Below are positions 1 to 15,035 of a stretch of DNA of 64,000 nucleotides, piece after piece (positions within the stretch are counted from its first letter, which is position 1; every line of letters starts with the position of its first letter). Both the position numbers and the translations under genes were made by a program. The notes below the pieces were generated by a model that made no database searches, had not been told where the DNA came from, and saw only the letters and a program-made list of their open reading frames with translations. The DNA lies in the NCBI RefSeq assembly GCF_026210795.1, contig NC_089429.1, forward strand, positions 4,650,001 through 4,714,000, read 5' to 3'. Source of the stretch: Rhizophagus irregularis. Its lineage: Eukaryota.

Positions 1-1567
1 TCATCCACATTTAAATCTATTGAATTTTGCCAGACTCGACATGTCGAATCCTAATAATAATAATAAAATTGTATTAGAGAGTAACAATAAATGAGTAACA
101 ATAAGTTAGAGTGAATAATAAAAAAATAATACCTCTGAAATACTGATGAGATAATTGTCTAAAATTTGACAATCCCAAACACGCGCCATATGTCCATAGA
201 ATATAAGAGGATTAGATCTATAAAAATCAGACTACCGATTTAAGAGAATGTTTTTGATTTAAACATAATCTCCACTTAAAAAGTTCGACAAAGAAATCGT
301 AGAAGAAATAGATGTCTACTTACTTTTCATTTCTGTCAGTCTTCCAAACGCGAATAGTTCTATCGTCTGATACCGAAGATATTATTTTTCCATCATCACT
401 AAAATTTACTCCAAATATAACACCCTAACCATACATAAACTAAAAATTAATTTAGTCCAATTAAAACATCATTCTGATATTTATAGCTTACTTCATGTCC
501 AATGAGCTTCTTAAATACAACTCCATCTCCAAATTCATTCTTTTTCATAACGTCCCATAGATGAACTTGATTAAATACCGTACCGGAAGCTAAAATTAGT
601 TCATTCAGAGTATCCCCAAAAAATCTTGCAGAATATAATATACAACGTTCTTCGCATTGAATAGAATAGACGCAGGTTTTATTTTGAATATTATAAATTT
701 CAACAAAATTATGAGCAAAAGCTATCGCTAATTCTGCTGGATTAGTTATAGATGACTATAATTTTGAAAAAATTGGAAATTAAAGTTAGATTAAAAAAAA
801 ATAAATAAAAAAATGTAGATAAATTGTTTTATTTCTTACTCCAACAAAATCCACAGAATTAGTAGATGTAGATGTCGAATTGTTAATATAACCATATAAC
901 CATTTGACATCATGAACCCAATCTCTTAATGGTGATAACCTCGACCCTAAGGTAATTGAAACTCTAGGTAGCTCTAACCTATTTTTAACCAATAAAAGAA
1001 ATAAGAAATACAGGAATATGATGTGGGTAATATGAAAATTCTCGAAAAAGTAAAACCATCAACATACCTGTCCTTATAATAATCTATACTAATGTTAACA
1101 ATTTGAATAGTCTTTGATCCGTAAATGGCCAATAATCTCTGTTCTTTAATAATACTATTATAGTACGTCTTGTTATTTTTGTTTTCTTCTACAGTTATTT
1201 CTTCTTTCTTTACAAATTTAACTTTCAAGAAAAGAATCAAAATTTAGTTATCAATCATTAAAATATGAGCAAACCTAACGATTGTGTTTTGGATTACCTG
1301 GTACAATCCTATATATTCTCCAGTATTCCATAATAGGATGACTATATAATAAATTTCCAGTTGGAACATAAAAAACTTTAAAATAAGGTCCTTGACCAGA
1401 TAACAATATTATGTCATTATGAAAACATAAAGATGTTATTGGACCTGCGTAGAAAAGTTTCTGAAACTGAAAAAAATAAAATTGATAAGTACTACAATCG
1501 TTTTTAATTACGGAATTTTTTTCGTAAATAACGACAATCAAAAAAAATATACCTTTTGAGTATCCAT
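1..1567 (-). CDS. WDR6: WD-repeat protein of the WDR6/Trm734 family, multi-exon, 3' end outside the window
   Basis: Minus-strand exons separated by GT-AG introns read CILYSARFFGDTLNELILASGTVFNQVHLWDV, LIGHE, IFGVNFSDDGKIISSVSDDRTIRVW and ARVWDC, typical of WDR6/Trm734. Probable ATG at 1567. Confidence 0.8.
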
Positions 1568-1714
1568 ACTTTTATTTCATTAATTTAAAAGAGAAAGTGA
1601 AAAAGATAATCGAATCTTAAAATGTACGAAATTTATCCTTTTTTGTAGTTATCAATGATGCAGATTACCCAGATAAAATTTATTTTTAATTTTTTTTTTA
1701 AAAAAAAAATCGAA

Positions 1715-4700
1715 ATGATTTTTCGACCGATTCTTTCTAATTTTAAGCCACAATTTTACAGCAATATCCATATATTTAATCGAAATTCATATATTTTAAA
1801 TAGAGTAAACCGATCTTTATATATAAATTATGATAATTTAATAAAATCATTACAGAAAAGAGATCAATCATCATCGTCGAATTCGGTAAAATTCTGTTGT
1901 TTCGTGAAAATTTTTCTTAATTCATAAAAAATAACGATTTGAATACTTTATTTTAGAACAAAAATATAGATTTATCTAAATTTCCTGCTGAAAACATTAG
2001 GAATTTTAGCATTATTGCTCATGTAGGTACGTTATAATTTTTTATTTTCTCAAAAAAAAAAAAATATTTTTTGATATTAATTCTACTTATATAATTTACA
2101 GATCATGGGAAAAGTACATTGGCAGATAGGTAGAACTTATACTAGTCGATGAAACTCATTTTATCAAATATAAGAAATAATTTTAACAATTTGTCGTTAA
2201 ATTGAAGGCTTTTAGAACTTACAGGTAGGAACGTTATGTTTCGTCAATTGCATCTTAATAATGGAATTAGGGCTAATTTTATTTTCTATAATAATGAAGG
2301 AACAATTTCTTCTAATCATTTACACCAACAGGTGCTAGATAAACTTACTGTTGAAAGAGAAAGAGGGATTACAGTAAAAGCTCAAGTATGGTATATTTAT
2401 TTGCATCAATAATGCTGCATTGTATTTATTAAAAGTTTATTCATTTAGACATGTTCAATGTTTTATAAATATAATAACAAAAGTTATTTACTTAATTTAA
2501 TCGATACGCCAGTAAGATATTTTCTTTATCAATTTCTTATAAATTTTAAATGAGTTGATAAGTTTAAATTAAAATTTTTATTTAATAACATAGGGACACG
2601 TTGATTTTAATTATGAGGTGTCAAGATCACTAGCGGCATGTCAAGGAACAATATTATTAGTAGATTCATCACAAGGGATTCAAGCACAAACTGTCGCTAA
2701 CTTCTTTCTGGCTTTTAATGAAGGATTGACTGTCATACCTGTTATAAACAAAGTACGGACGTAAAGTTTCTTTTTGATTATTCGATGTATTCAAACAAAC
2801 TTATTTAATTTACAGATTGACCTTCCTACTGCTGAACCTGATCGTGTCGTAAATCAAATCGAAAGTACATTTGAATTGGATGTTTCGAATATTGCATTGG
2901 TATGAAATATTTAGTATTGTTCCTCATGCTTTTTTTTTGTTTTTAAGCCGTTTTATAATTAATTACGATGTATTCAAGATTTCAGCTAAATCTGGAGTCG
3001 GCGTTGATAAAATTTTACCAATCGTAATCGAAAAGATACCTCCGTATGTTTTATTTAGTTTACTTTATTTCAAATTATGACATATTGTTTGGCAAAATTT
3101 TAATTAATTAATTAATTTTAGACCCAGTGGAAACATTAATAAGCCTTTAAAAGCTTTTCTTTTTGATTCATGGTATGATACATATGTTGGTGTTGTTTGT
3201 GTAATGGCAATTGTCGATGGAAAATTACAAAAAGGTAATTGTCTTTTTTTGAAATGTGTTCTTAATGTTAAATTAATAGTTAACCATTAAATTTTTTAGG
3301 TGATAAGATAATGTCGGCATATTCAGAAAAAAAATATGAAGTTATTGATATTGGCATTATGCATCCTGAACAAGTTACGACCGGATATTTGTATGCAATA
3401 AAGCTCTTATTATCATAATATCTTTATGTCGCACGAACTAAATTATTCTTATAAATTTAGACATGCTGGGCAAGTGGGATACGTTATTTGTAGCATGAAG
3501 GTCGCAGCTGAAGCTCATATTGGTGATACATTTTATCATATCAAAAATCCAGTGGAACCCCTGCCAGGATTTGAACCTGCAAAATCCATGGTATGAATTA
3601 GTTGAAATTCCTAATTCTCTAATATGATCTTAAAATCGAAATACGGTGTTTTGGTAAATATGCTAAAAAAAAAATTAAATCAAATTTGTTAATTGTATAA
3701 TTTGTAGGTATTTGCCGGTGTATTTCCTACAGATACAAATGAATTTAGCCGATTGGATGAATCAATCACCAAATTGACATTGAATGATGCTAGTGTTTCT
3801 GTTCAAAAAGAGACAAGGTATGAAATCAAATTGATGTGCATATAAAAATAAACATTTTAATAATTTAAATAATTGTTTAAAGCATGGCTTTGGGGCAAGG
3901 CTGGCGTATTGGATTTTTAGGAACACTGCACATGGATGTATTCAGACAAAGATTAGAAGAAGTAAGTGTACTTTAAGCGCTTGAATCGTGCAAACTTCTT
4001 AAGGAAGATTAAAAATCCTTTTCTCTTGTGATAGGAACATGACGCTAATATAATTATCACTCGGCCGACAGTTCCTTATAAGAGTGAGTTTAATAACAAA
4101 TTATATTTTGCTACATATTATAGGTTTATTTTGATTAACTTGATTTAACTTAATTTTAGTAATTTATCGTGATGGATCATCAAAGTTAATTCGTAATCCG
4201 GCTGAATTTCCGGATTCAATGGAAATGCAAAATAAGGTGGTTGAATTACAGGAGCCAATTGTTATGGCTACCATTATATTACCAGAGGTATGTCAAATAA
4301 TAAAATTGATTAACTTTTAAAAATTACTTATACTTTCCTTATACTTTCTTTTAGGATTACATGGGTTCTGTTATGGATCTTTGTGGAGTATGTTTATTTT
4401 ATAATATCAAGTAACGTTTTATTGAACTATTACATTCACTCTCTAATAAACATTCTTATTTTTAAGTCTCGTAGAGGAGAACAGTTGGAGTACAATTATA
4501 TGGACGAATCGCGTGTCATTATGAAATATTGTATACCACTAGCAGAGATAGTAACAGATTTTCATGATGAATTAAAATCAAAATCTAGCGGTTATGCAAG
4601 GTTTGGTAATCCAATCTTTAAATTTTAACCACGAATCGTGTATATGTTAACTAATATCCAATTATGTTATTTTAGTTTAGATTATGAGGATATAGGATAT

Positions 4701-5455
4701 CAAACAACCGATATTGTTAAAGTAATGCTATCTAATTCTCATTAAGTCCTATTACGTCAATAAACATTAGTAATTATGGTTTTTTAATACAGTTGAATGT
4801 GCTGATTAATAAAAAACCTGTAGATGCCCTGGCAGCAATTTTACATCGATCTCAAGTTACACATGTTGGAAGAGAATGGGCAAAAAAATTAAGTGAAGTT
4901 ATACCAAAGTAAGTATATTTAATATTAAATAGATTATTATTATATAGAATTTTGTATATATTAAAATTTTTCTATAAAATTAGACAATTGTACGAAGTCG
5001 TAATACAAACAGCCGTTGGAGGAAAAGTTATTGCTAGGGAGACGTAAGTTCTCTATCGTTATCATTTGCAATTATTTTGTGATTGACGTAATTCCATCGG
5101 AATTGATTTTAGAATTTCTGCTATGCGAAAGAACGTTACCGCAAAATGCGTAAGTCATAATTTATTAATGAATATTTTTCGTTAAAAGAAATGTTCTAAA
5201 ACACAAATCTAATTTTTAGTATGGCGGAGATGTAACTCGTAAAATGAAATTACTTGAAAAACAAAAAGAAGGGAAAAAGAAGATGAAGATGATCGGTATG
5301 TTATAGTCTAGATTACTTATTAGTTGAATGCAGAATGAATTGAAAATGTTTATTTTGTAACAATCCTAATTTATTTATTAGGAAATATTGAATTACCTCA
5401 AAAAGCATTTTATGATTTCTTATCAAAAGGTTCTGGTACATCAAAAAAGAAATAA
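1715..5455 (+). CDS. GUF1: Mitochondrial translation factor GUF1/LepA (EF4), more than 20 short introns
   Basis: Spliced exons give [91 protein letters not shown] and [32 protein letters not shown]-terminus resembles a mitochondrial presequence; TAA at 5453-5455. Confidence 0.95.
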
Positions 5456-8200
5456 AAAAGATTTTCACAAAACAAAATAGATCAAGTTTTAAACCCGTAT
5501 AATAAACATTTTTTTTGATATCATTAAAAACTTTGATGAATTTCGTTGATAATTGTTAAATAAAATAAATTTTGATATTAAAAATAATATAAATTCAGTT
5601 TATTTGTTTATAGAAATTAACATGCACGTTGATATGGCTTTCATAATTATAAAAAATTATCCATGTCAATGTACGAATATTTTAATCGAACGTATACTCA
5701 GTGAAGTATCATAAAGTACCATAGAGTTTCTAAACGAATGTGACAAAGAACCTTTCCAGACAAAAATAGATACACATTTAAAAGGTCTCGACTCTCGAAA
5801 ACATTATTAGAAGTGATAAAGGAAAATGAGATAGCATATTTTCGACAAATTTAAAATGGCAAATAAAAATTTTTCTATCATTCAATCTTTAGTCAATCCA
5901 AACTGATGGCAAGGTACAGGCAATATTTTAGTTTTGCTTCAAGTTTTTTAGAGAAATCAGATGGTCGTGCTGTTGAAAAAATGTTAATTACTTGATTCTT
6001 CTTTAGATACTCGACTGCCTGACCGCCAACTTGTCGTAGATCGAAATGAGCAATGAACCATCATTTAATATTTATAATTCAACATTTTCAAGAAGCGCCC
6101 AGAAAACTGGAGCAATCAATAATGAACCTTTTAGCATTGGTAATTCAAAGAGAAACCCGGGGAGGGAAGTTAGATACACTTTTGTTTTAGCTAAAAGTCA
6201 ATCCTTTAGGACTATTATAGTAAGAATTAACAACCCATTTTTCACATCTAGATCCCTCCTCCACGTGCTGTCATCCCTTTCATCCTTCGCCATGAATGCA
6301 TGAACATCAGATGAATTCCTCCGTTTCTCCAACCACAAGAATTGAGAAACCGATAGTGATGTCCGTGATGATTCTAACGCAGATATCCATAGCCCTAAAG
6401 ATTTTATATGGACGATAAACTGAAATGGAGACCAAAGACGAACATGTGGAGGATGTCATTTATGAGTTCGGCAGATCGTATCTCATTGAAAATTCTTTTC
6501 ACTCTTGTGTGTTCTCTAAATGACGTCTAGAAAATACTCGTTCATCAATTTGGATGACCGCAAAATTATGGGACTCTTCACAGGAGGAGATTAAATCTAC
6601 AAACATTAGGTACGATCCGGTACCGATGAAGGTGTGGAACTTGTCTAAACGCGTTTAATAAAGTGTTGTCTGTCGCTTGAAAACCGCCTTTATTGTTCAA
6701 TTAAACGACTTTAAACAAATTTCAAATTTGCATGATATTCGTGCATGCTCCAGGATGCCAGATACATTTTTCAAACAGACTTTTCGACCGACGCAATAAT
6801 TTACGTTATTCATTGTCTAAGTATTTCTAATGCATGAGGGGTATTATGCACTAATACTGAGCTTAGTTTATCTGGCAGGACGAAAGGCACTCAGCATTAT
6901 TCATTTCTAAAACTGGCATAACGTCAATCTCTGGGTCCTATTGCTGACACAACTTTGAAACATAAATGAGTCCGTATTTATGTGCGTAATATGCCCACTA
7001 TATGAAAAAAAGGTTGTGTGCGAGAATTATGAATTGTGATACACAATTAAAATATTTTTTTTCTTTTTTTTTAATAATTGTATGTGCGGGTACTGTGTGG
7101 ATTGCATACAGCTTAAAGAATTATATGCGGAAATCTTTCATGTTTAACAGCATATGATCACATCGTTAAAATCATAATATTATCAGGTGATAACTTACAT
7201 AAACTCTGCATTAATAACCGCATGTTGTCGTTAATATAAAGGAGATTCCTACAGTATTGTAAGTAGTGACGGAAAAAAAGAAAGCATAAATACACGGACA
7301 GAAAAGAACTTGGGTGATGTCCTGGTTTGATCATCAGAAAGAGCACCGGTTAGGCATTCTATAATAGCAAGATAGGGCCTAGATGGCTTGTCAAGATTGG
7401 ATTGAAGGTGCAAATATACTTTATAATATGTTTATTGCAACTCTGCAGTCAGGTAAAAAATAATTCAAAAACTAGAGATATCATACATGAAGATATATAG
7501 AAAAAATTTTTTTCCTGTTATTTCTTCTGTCATTAATGACATAACACATCCTTTTAACAAATATTTAATGATATTGGACAATTTGGCTGTCCTATCAACA
7601 CTAATATGGGGCAGAGTCACAGAGAATTCTGTCTCCTTAAATTCTTGTAGCTTAGAAATTCATTATTTTGAAAATTGCGCTGCATGGAAAAAAGCAATAA
7701 ATAAATTAAGGAACCTTACATATATTTAATCTCTACTTGGAAATTTAAAAGTAAGTATTTCAGTTTTTATCAAATCAATTAGTTTAATGGGACCTATGTA
7801 ACCTAATTACCAAGGGAGATTCCAGAGGATGTTGAGTCATTTGTATTAGTCATTTGCATTGGCTTAGAACTAATTGACTCATAATTTTTTCCCAATACTA
7901 CTTGTAAACTAATTCTACTAATTCTAAATATCTTTTAAAATTCACAAGAACAATAAAGATAATAAATATAGTATAAAATATTCCACAACTTAAAGAAGTA
8001 GTAATTATAAATCTATTTTTTACAACACTTATAATACTTCAATTCTTGTAAGAAATTATGTAGGCATTTTGAGAGACCTTGTTTATAAATTTATCATTCA
8101 ACTTTTTTTTATTTAGTTAAAAATTTAACATTTAGGTCATATTTTGTATTTACTTATTAATTTATAATAATTACAGTATATTCTAAATCTTAATAGTAAA

Positions 8201-8733
8201 GTTATGCCGTTTTCAAACTTTAACAAAGAATTTTTTCCAATTTATGGTCTCGCCGCTGCGATCTTTTCACCTCCTGGGAACGATCAAAAGGTATCTCCCG
8301 AAAATCGAAATGTCACCCAAGTTCTGTCCTCCCATCACGCCGACCTTCTCTTCTACACCCTTCTTCTTGCACTTCAGATTCTTCCTTTCGTCCATACACC
8401 CGAATAATCCATTGAATTCACTCGCTTGTCGCAAGGATAGGATTGGCTCACAAAGATTTCGGATTTTCCGTCACGTCGAACAGTTCGAGGATTTAAGTTT
8501 ATAGGTGGAATTTTACTTAGGTACTAACTAAATTCTTCGGATAGTTTGCCCGGAATTTGTTCTTTTAGAATTCAGGTTGGGGCATACGGTACTTACGATA
8601 CGGATTTGGGATTTAGTTAGGTTTACTTAGATTAGATTTCTTTGATTTGTATTATTTTATCGTGCGACTATTTAATTTGTTATGTTAATTTTGATTTTAT
8701 TATAATAAAGTTTTAGCATAATGCTGTGTTTGC
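8201..8733 (+). mobile_element. 5'-truncated non-LTR (LINE-like) retrotransposon fragment with 18-bp target-site duplication
   Basis: GC-richer island flanked by the exact direct repeat CTAAATCTTAATAGTAAA (8183-8200 and 8734-8751). One frame reads IFSNLWSRRCDLFTSWERSKGISRKSK, resembling the WxxR motif at LINE ORF2 C-termini. Confidence 0.65.
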
Positions 8734-10449
8734 CTAAATCTTAATAGTAAAATTAAATTAATAATATTTCAGCATCTTAATGGCAGTTGTTTCTCAAATG
8801 GACGATTAGATGATTTAGATGATCCAAATTTTTTGGAACAACCCTCAGGTAGTAGTCATGTATCATATGATTGTCGATCATTGTGTTTTTCAGCTTTTGT
8901 AGGATACTTCTAGAAATAAAATCTAATTGTTTCGTTTTGATGACCATTATGCGTACCTACAATGATGTGGATTTTAGTCTAGGTCGTAATTCATAATCTC
9001 ATACATTATGGTTTCAACACAATTTTCAAATTGCAAACTTTTCAAAAACGACCAAGCTCATTTTTAAGAAATTTACGAAAGTTACGATAACAAATATTGC
9101 GAAGAGCAGAAAATTATCTCAATTATAATATAAAATGATGTTGCCAAAAATCAAAAAATGAAGGATTAAGAAATTCATAATAGAATATTATCGTTATAAA
9201 TATGTACCAAAAATTTTCCTAAATTTTCGCCAATATTTTATAATAATTAACAATAAACTACGTTCGTTCGTAAGACAACAAATTATTTGAGATGATCTTC
9301 ATTCATAATTCTAAAATATAGATTAAATTTAGAAATTTAGAAATTTTGATTTTTCCTGATTAGGACTAAAAAAAATCGCAGATAATTTTATATATATTGT
9401 AACTAGAAAAATGAACATTTATCAAAGTTTTTCCCAGGAAATTTTTTATGGGGTCAAGAGTCCAATCAAGACTACTTTGAACCATATTATGAAGAAATAT
9501 CATAATAACAGGTGTTTATAATTTGTAGAAAAAGAAATTTGGACGGAATATGTTTTTTTTGCTTTCGTAATTTTTTTTTTCAATTAATGTAGGATGTAGG
9601 AGCAATTTTTTAGATTGATAAAATTTTTTTATGAATAAAAATATTTTGACAATTAGTTTAAGAAAAGAAATTTTGCAGTTTTGAGATATAAGTGAATTTT
9701 TGTATGAATGTACATATTTAATTTCGCTAGGAATCTTTATAAGAAATCATTCGGCAACCATGCGATTCGATTTGAGCGTAAAGAAAAACTTCAACGATGC
9801 GTCACAATAAAACGCATAATTGTCGCGAGTCGCGACTGAGGACAAAAAAAAATGTGTTGTATAATTATTTTTGAAAGAAAAAAATATTTGTAGATAAATG
9901 CGCAATCGTCTTTATTACTTGGTCTATGGCAATATATAAATATATTCGACTATATTATAAAAATCATAACAGATAAAGGGGACTGTTTTTGGTTAGCATA
10001 AAAAACAGATATACAGTGTTACGAAGGTAATATTCTGATTAAAGTTTTCTTATTTAACTTCATTATAAATCAACAAATAAAAAAATGCTGTGAAAAAAAT
10101 TGCAATGGATCCTTCCCCCCCTTTTTTTTAAAAAAAAACTAGGAAAAGAAAAAAAAATCAGAAATCGGAAAAAAATAATAAAAAAAAAATTTTTTTTTTT
10201 AATAAATATATATTTAACGTGGCAAGTTTAGGACATCTCATTTCAATCCAATACAATGATCGATTCGTGAGACTTGTACATCCGAATAATTTTAATTTCT
10301 TTAAGTGATGACATGATTTTCAATTACCCTATCAGTAACTGTATAACAATTATAAAAATTAACGTTCTCAAGATTTGGTATGTTTGGAAAAAGATCGCAT
10401 TTCCTCAGTGACATGATTTTTTCTGTGAATTCCCGATAAATCAAGTCTT

Positions 10450-10704
10450 TTAACAAAATATCCATAAAATTTTGTTGAGGTTTTGTAAAAGAAATTTGGG
10501 TACATCTTTTTCTTCTTCTTCTTTTGAAGTTCTTGAAGTGGGAGACTTTATTACGTTCAAATATGCTTTTACAAATCTACTCCAATTATCTAACGCTCGA
10601 TTTCTTCTCGTTTTCGTTATTAGCTGTAATATTTCATGAAATCTTGAAAACGTTTCAAACTTATTAAATTCTACTGTGCGCCATATGTAATTATATGGTG
10701 CCAT
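10450..10704 (-). CDS. Hypothetical small protein (84 aa)
   Basis: ATG-initiated ORF with protein-like composition; no recognisable domain. Confidence 0.3.
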   Translation of the reverse strand: MAPYNYIWRTVEFNKFETFSRFHEILQLITKTRRNRALDNWSRFVKAYLNVIKSPTSRTSKEEEEKDVPKFLLQNLNKILWIFC

Positions 10705-11249
10705 GTTTGATTAACTTGTGCGCATAATAATAAATCTTAAACGGAATCTAAAAAAAAACTAAATATGTTTACGAGAATCATAACGACAATGCACCTCCAT
10801 TTATATCTGCTGCGGCCGTACAGGAATTTATATCTCACTCATTGTTTGTTACTTCCATTAATTTTATAGATAAAATAAGAAAAAGGTACTTCACAAAAAA
10901 CTTGATTGAGATTGAGATTGAATATAGAATTTCTTTTAATATGAAAATTCTATATGAAGTATTAGTGGTACAAGCACGTATCATTTCGGAGTAATTACCA
11001 TATATGGCTTAAGGAATATTTCGGATATAAGGTTAGTAATACAAGGAAAAAAAAACCAAAAATAACGTTTTAGTGTTACAAACTCGCGAACAAAGAAGTG
11101 AATCATAGAAGATATATAATCTGGTTAATATTTTGAGGAATATTAATTTTTTTTTTCTTACATATAATACAACTTAATAAAAAAATTTTTTAATTTAGTT
11201 GTTTATACACCTACAGTACCTCGCGAGCAGAAGTCAAGCATTTTTAAAT

Positions 11250-11831
11250 ATGAATTCACAAGGTCAGTTTTCTGATTCAGAAAGCAACCAAAACCCTCTT
11301 ATTTCTACTGCTTTCAATCCACAAGACACTCCCGTTTCATTTCATGAAAGACAAGAAAGTTCAATTGCTCCGAGCGAGACTAATATGACGCAGCCTCCTG
11401 ACTCTCAGCCTCAACCAACAGTTACCAACGCATATTTACAACCCGATTCTTCCGCAAATCTTAGAACTCGACCCGTTCATCCTACTGATTTTTTCTTTCG
11501 ACCACCAAATGATTATTATCATTATCATGTTATTTGCAAGGAAATCTCAAACGATAACGTTGCATATTTATTAAATAAATCATTAAAAGAACGTAACGCT
11601 CAATCTAATGAAGGTATTTTCTATTATCAGCAACAATATAATAACCAACTTTATCAGGTATCATACGAAATTGTTTCTCCTCTCTTGGTCAATAATTGTT
11701 TGAGTAAAAATTTTCTTGGGATTGAATTTCAACAAAATATGGAACAAGAGCATTTAGTATTAACTTTTGATCAAAGAGAATATCTTGAATGTCACTTAAA
11801 GAAATATTTAAGTCAATATTTATTAGGCTAA
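11250..11831 (+). CDS. Hypothetical protein, probably lineage-specific
   Basis: Single-exon ORF from ATG 11250 in very AT-rich surroundings; S/Q/P-rich N-terminus followed by a globular-looking region (FFFRPPNDYYHYHVICKEIS). Confidence 0.6.
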   Translation: MNSQGQFSDSESNQNPLISTAFNPQDTPVSFHERQESSIAPSETNMTQPPDSQPQPTVTNAYLQPDSSANLRTRPVHPTDFFFRPPNDYYHYHVICKEISNDNVAYLLNKSLKERNAQSNEGIFYYQQQYNNQLYQVSYEIVSPLLVNNCLSKNFLGIEFQQNMEQEHLVLTFDQREYLECHLKKYLSQYLLG

Positions 11832-12000
11832 GCAATTTACTTTTTATACAAAGAATTTTTCATTTTCAACGACTTATTTGCTTTTTATTTGTTATCTTTA
11901 TTATTATTATTTTTTTTTTGATAAAAAAATTATAGGGCTATATATGATATTCAATGTGACTTTTTTTTATTATTTATTTTTTACAAAATGTATTAATATA

Positions 12001-12112
12001 CAGTTTACCCTCTCTATAGTGAATTTTTATAGTGAATAACTTTGCTATAATGAAGAAAAGTTCAGGTACAGATTTTTTTATATAATAAAATGACTATAAC
12101 GAGGGTGAATTG
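12001..12112. mobile_element. Tc1/mariner(pogo)-type MITE, same family as 23209 and 26827
   Basis: Imperfect TIRs CAGTTTACCCTC ... GAGGGTGAATTG flanked by TA; internal sequence matches the other two copies in opposite orientation. Confidence 0.6.
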
Positions 12113-13708
12113 TATATAACATCAAGGTTTAAATAAACAATAACATTTTACTTGTTAATCCAACAGTTTAACATTACTTAATAATAATGTTTTAATAAAT
12201 AATTACCGTATTGTTATTAACAATATTAGTTGTTTGTCCTTAAAATCATTCATGAGTCACACATGTCGATCAAAATCATTCCCTTTTTTTGTTTATAAAA
12301 ACTTTAGTCGAGAAAATATTAATTGTACAAAAAGCGCAGTACGCACAAAAATCTACATGTATTTATAAACTTTATTCAGCGTTGTAATTATTGGTGAAGC
12401 TGGTAATTTGTGTATTCAAAGAACTTTATTTTGAGAAATAATTTGATCATTAGTACCCGTATTTGAAGACTTGAGAAACTACGCATTTATAAATATTTTT
12501 ATTTTCTTGATAATTTTTGTAATTTTTCTTTTGCTATATATATTGTATTCTAAGTAGATTAAACAAGTTATATTCCACAGATAGCTAAGTGTTTGAATCG
12601 TACTCAATACACGTTTTCACATATTTAAATTTTTTTTATATTTTACATTGTGCTCTGATCACGGGATCGGTATTCTGCGTACAATACGGTCCTGTTTTGC
12701 CATATTTGCTAACCAAATTAAGACCTACTTCTGGAATACAACTTTTTATTACAACGGCCAATCACAATAAACAACACTATGAAATTTAGATCAGCTGATT
12801 ATTGATAAATAATGCCGATCTTCTCTCTTCCGTTTTTACGAATGAAACAGTTATTATTTTTTCAGTAGTAAAATAAAGCAGTTCTTTATAGTGAATTTTT
12901 TATTATTTCAATAAATATAACTTGCTATGTTTGATTATCGAATCAATTTTTATGATCATACTGTAATTACAGTATATACAAAATTATCATCATATAGTAC
13001 AAAGTTAGGCGTAATACAATCGGACATAAAATTAAGCCAATCTATTTTATCAAATATTATTTTAATCACAAAGCCACTTTAATATCATCGATATGTAAAT
13101 TAAGATTCCTTTATAATGAGAATTCAGAAAAAAAGAATTTCTTAACTGTTAAATATATTTAAATTTGAATTTAATATAATACGGCGACTATACGTTTATA
13201 GTTTTATTTATATTAGTGTATTAATATCGATAATATCGATAGGCGCGCAGTCACTGATTATCTATGCAATATAAAAACATAAACAAAGAAATAAAATGGT
13301 TTTTATGTTGATTAATCGGAATCGAAAATCGAATTTTAGAATCGAGATTTGAGAAACGATTAATCGTGATTAGTCGATTCTATAGAAGGTTGGAATTGAA
13401 AGAAATTAGAAGTTTCTAATAGCTTTCAATTTCCCAGTACACATCATTGCCTGTTAGTCTAACTGAACTACCCAAATTTTTATGTGATACAATGTTTACA
13501 GTGACCTCTTTTACATTATATACAATTCTTGTTTTATGAGTGATACGCTTTTACAATATTAGAAAATAAAATTTGAGTACGTACATTTTATAGTAATTAA
13601 TCAATTTACCATGTGCTAAATCAAAAAATATTGGTACTGTACGAAAGTATATTTAAACATTTAATAAAAATTAATACAAATAATAAATAATAACATAATA
13701 AAACGAAT

Positions 13709-15035
13709 TTATAATTTTCCTAATCTAGTACCAGCATTAATTCTAACGATTTCACCATTCATGTAAGTATTCTCAATCAAATGAACAACTAGCTTATTAA
13801 ATTCACCATCTGGTTTACCAAATCTAGCGGGGTACTCAATTTGACTTATCAATTTTTGTTTCATTCTTTCATTTATAATGGCAGATAGAGATTCTATTAC
13901 ATAAAAATTAAAAATAAATATAACTTTAATTAATATTAACATAGTAAATATTAAATAAATTATATTTAATGTTAATAATACCAAATAATCCGGGAGCAAT
14001 AGTAACAACTCTAATGCCAAATCTAGATAAATCTCTCGTCATAGGTAAAGTCATTGAAGCCACACCACCTTTAGATGCGGAGTATGGAACATTTCCTGTT
14101 TGTCCATATTGATAAGTGATTGATGATATATTTATTATTACACCTCTTTCTCCTAATTGAAATATTAACGTTAATCATAATATATTAGTCATATATTAGC
14201 TAAAATATTTAATAAATAAAAGATATTTTACCTTCTTCTAATGGTTTTTGTTTAACCATTTATGCAGCTACTAACCTACATACGTTAAAAGTTCCAACCT
14301 AAATAATAAAAAATATGCGTGTGAATCGTTTTATTTAATTATTTGATTAAAAATTTGTATTTACCAAATTAACGTTAATAGCAAATTTAAATGAATCTAA
14401 ATTTAGTGGCATCCCTTTTGAATCAACAATCTATTCAATTAAAAATAATTTCAATTAAATATATTGTGTAAAAAAAAAAATTTAATACATAACTGAATAT
14501 GAAAACATACTTTTCCTGTTACAAGTACACCAGCACAATTTAAAACTCCACGAATATTCTCCCCAAATTTATCAATTGCTTGTTGAATAGCTTTAGTTAT
14601 TTCTTCCTAAAAATAAAAAATAAATTCAAATTCTTTGTGCATTTTAACGAAAATAATATTTTTTTTAATTAAAGATTGGAAAAAAATTATAATACATACT
14701 TCTGATGTTACATTCGCTTGAACAAATAAAACATTTTTTTCTTGTTCTTTAAAAAACGTTTTTTCCGTCATCTTTTAAATCAATTACCTAATCAAATTTT
14801 TTTTTAAAAAAAAAAAAGAAAGAAGGAATAAAAAAATAATAATAAAAAAAATAAAATAAAATAATTCCAATGTATATTGATATTTACCGCTACATTTGCT
14901 CCTAATCTTAATAATTCTTGAGCTGCCTCTAAAAAAGAAGATCTAACGTAAATACAGTATTTTTTTTTTAATAATGAAGTTGATATTTATTACTTACTCC
15001 CCAGTAACAATAAATGTATTCCCTTTAATTTGCAT
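13709..15035 (-). pseudogene. HSD17B10-like short-chain dehydrogenase, copy 1, pseudogene
   Basis: Same exon structure as the other copies, with YSASKGG and [12 protein letters not shown] 20-nt deletion in exon 2 removes the SGLG of the Rossmann motif and shifts the frame; CAA>TAA at 14260-14262. Confidence 0.8.

Noticed and set aside
5870..6520. GC-richer patch with ORF 6046-6303
   Set aside because: Could be a decayed gene or transposon, but I found no motif, termini or consistent frame.
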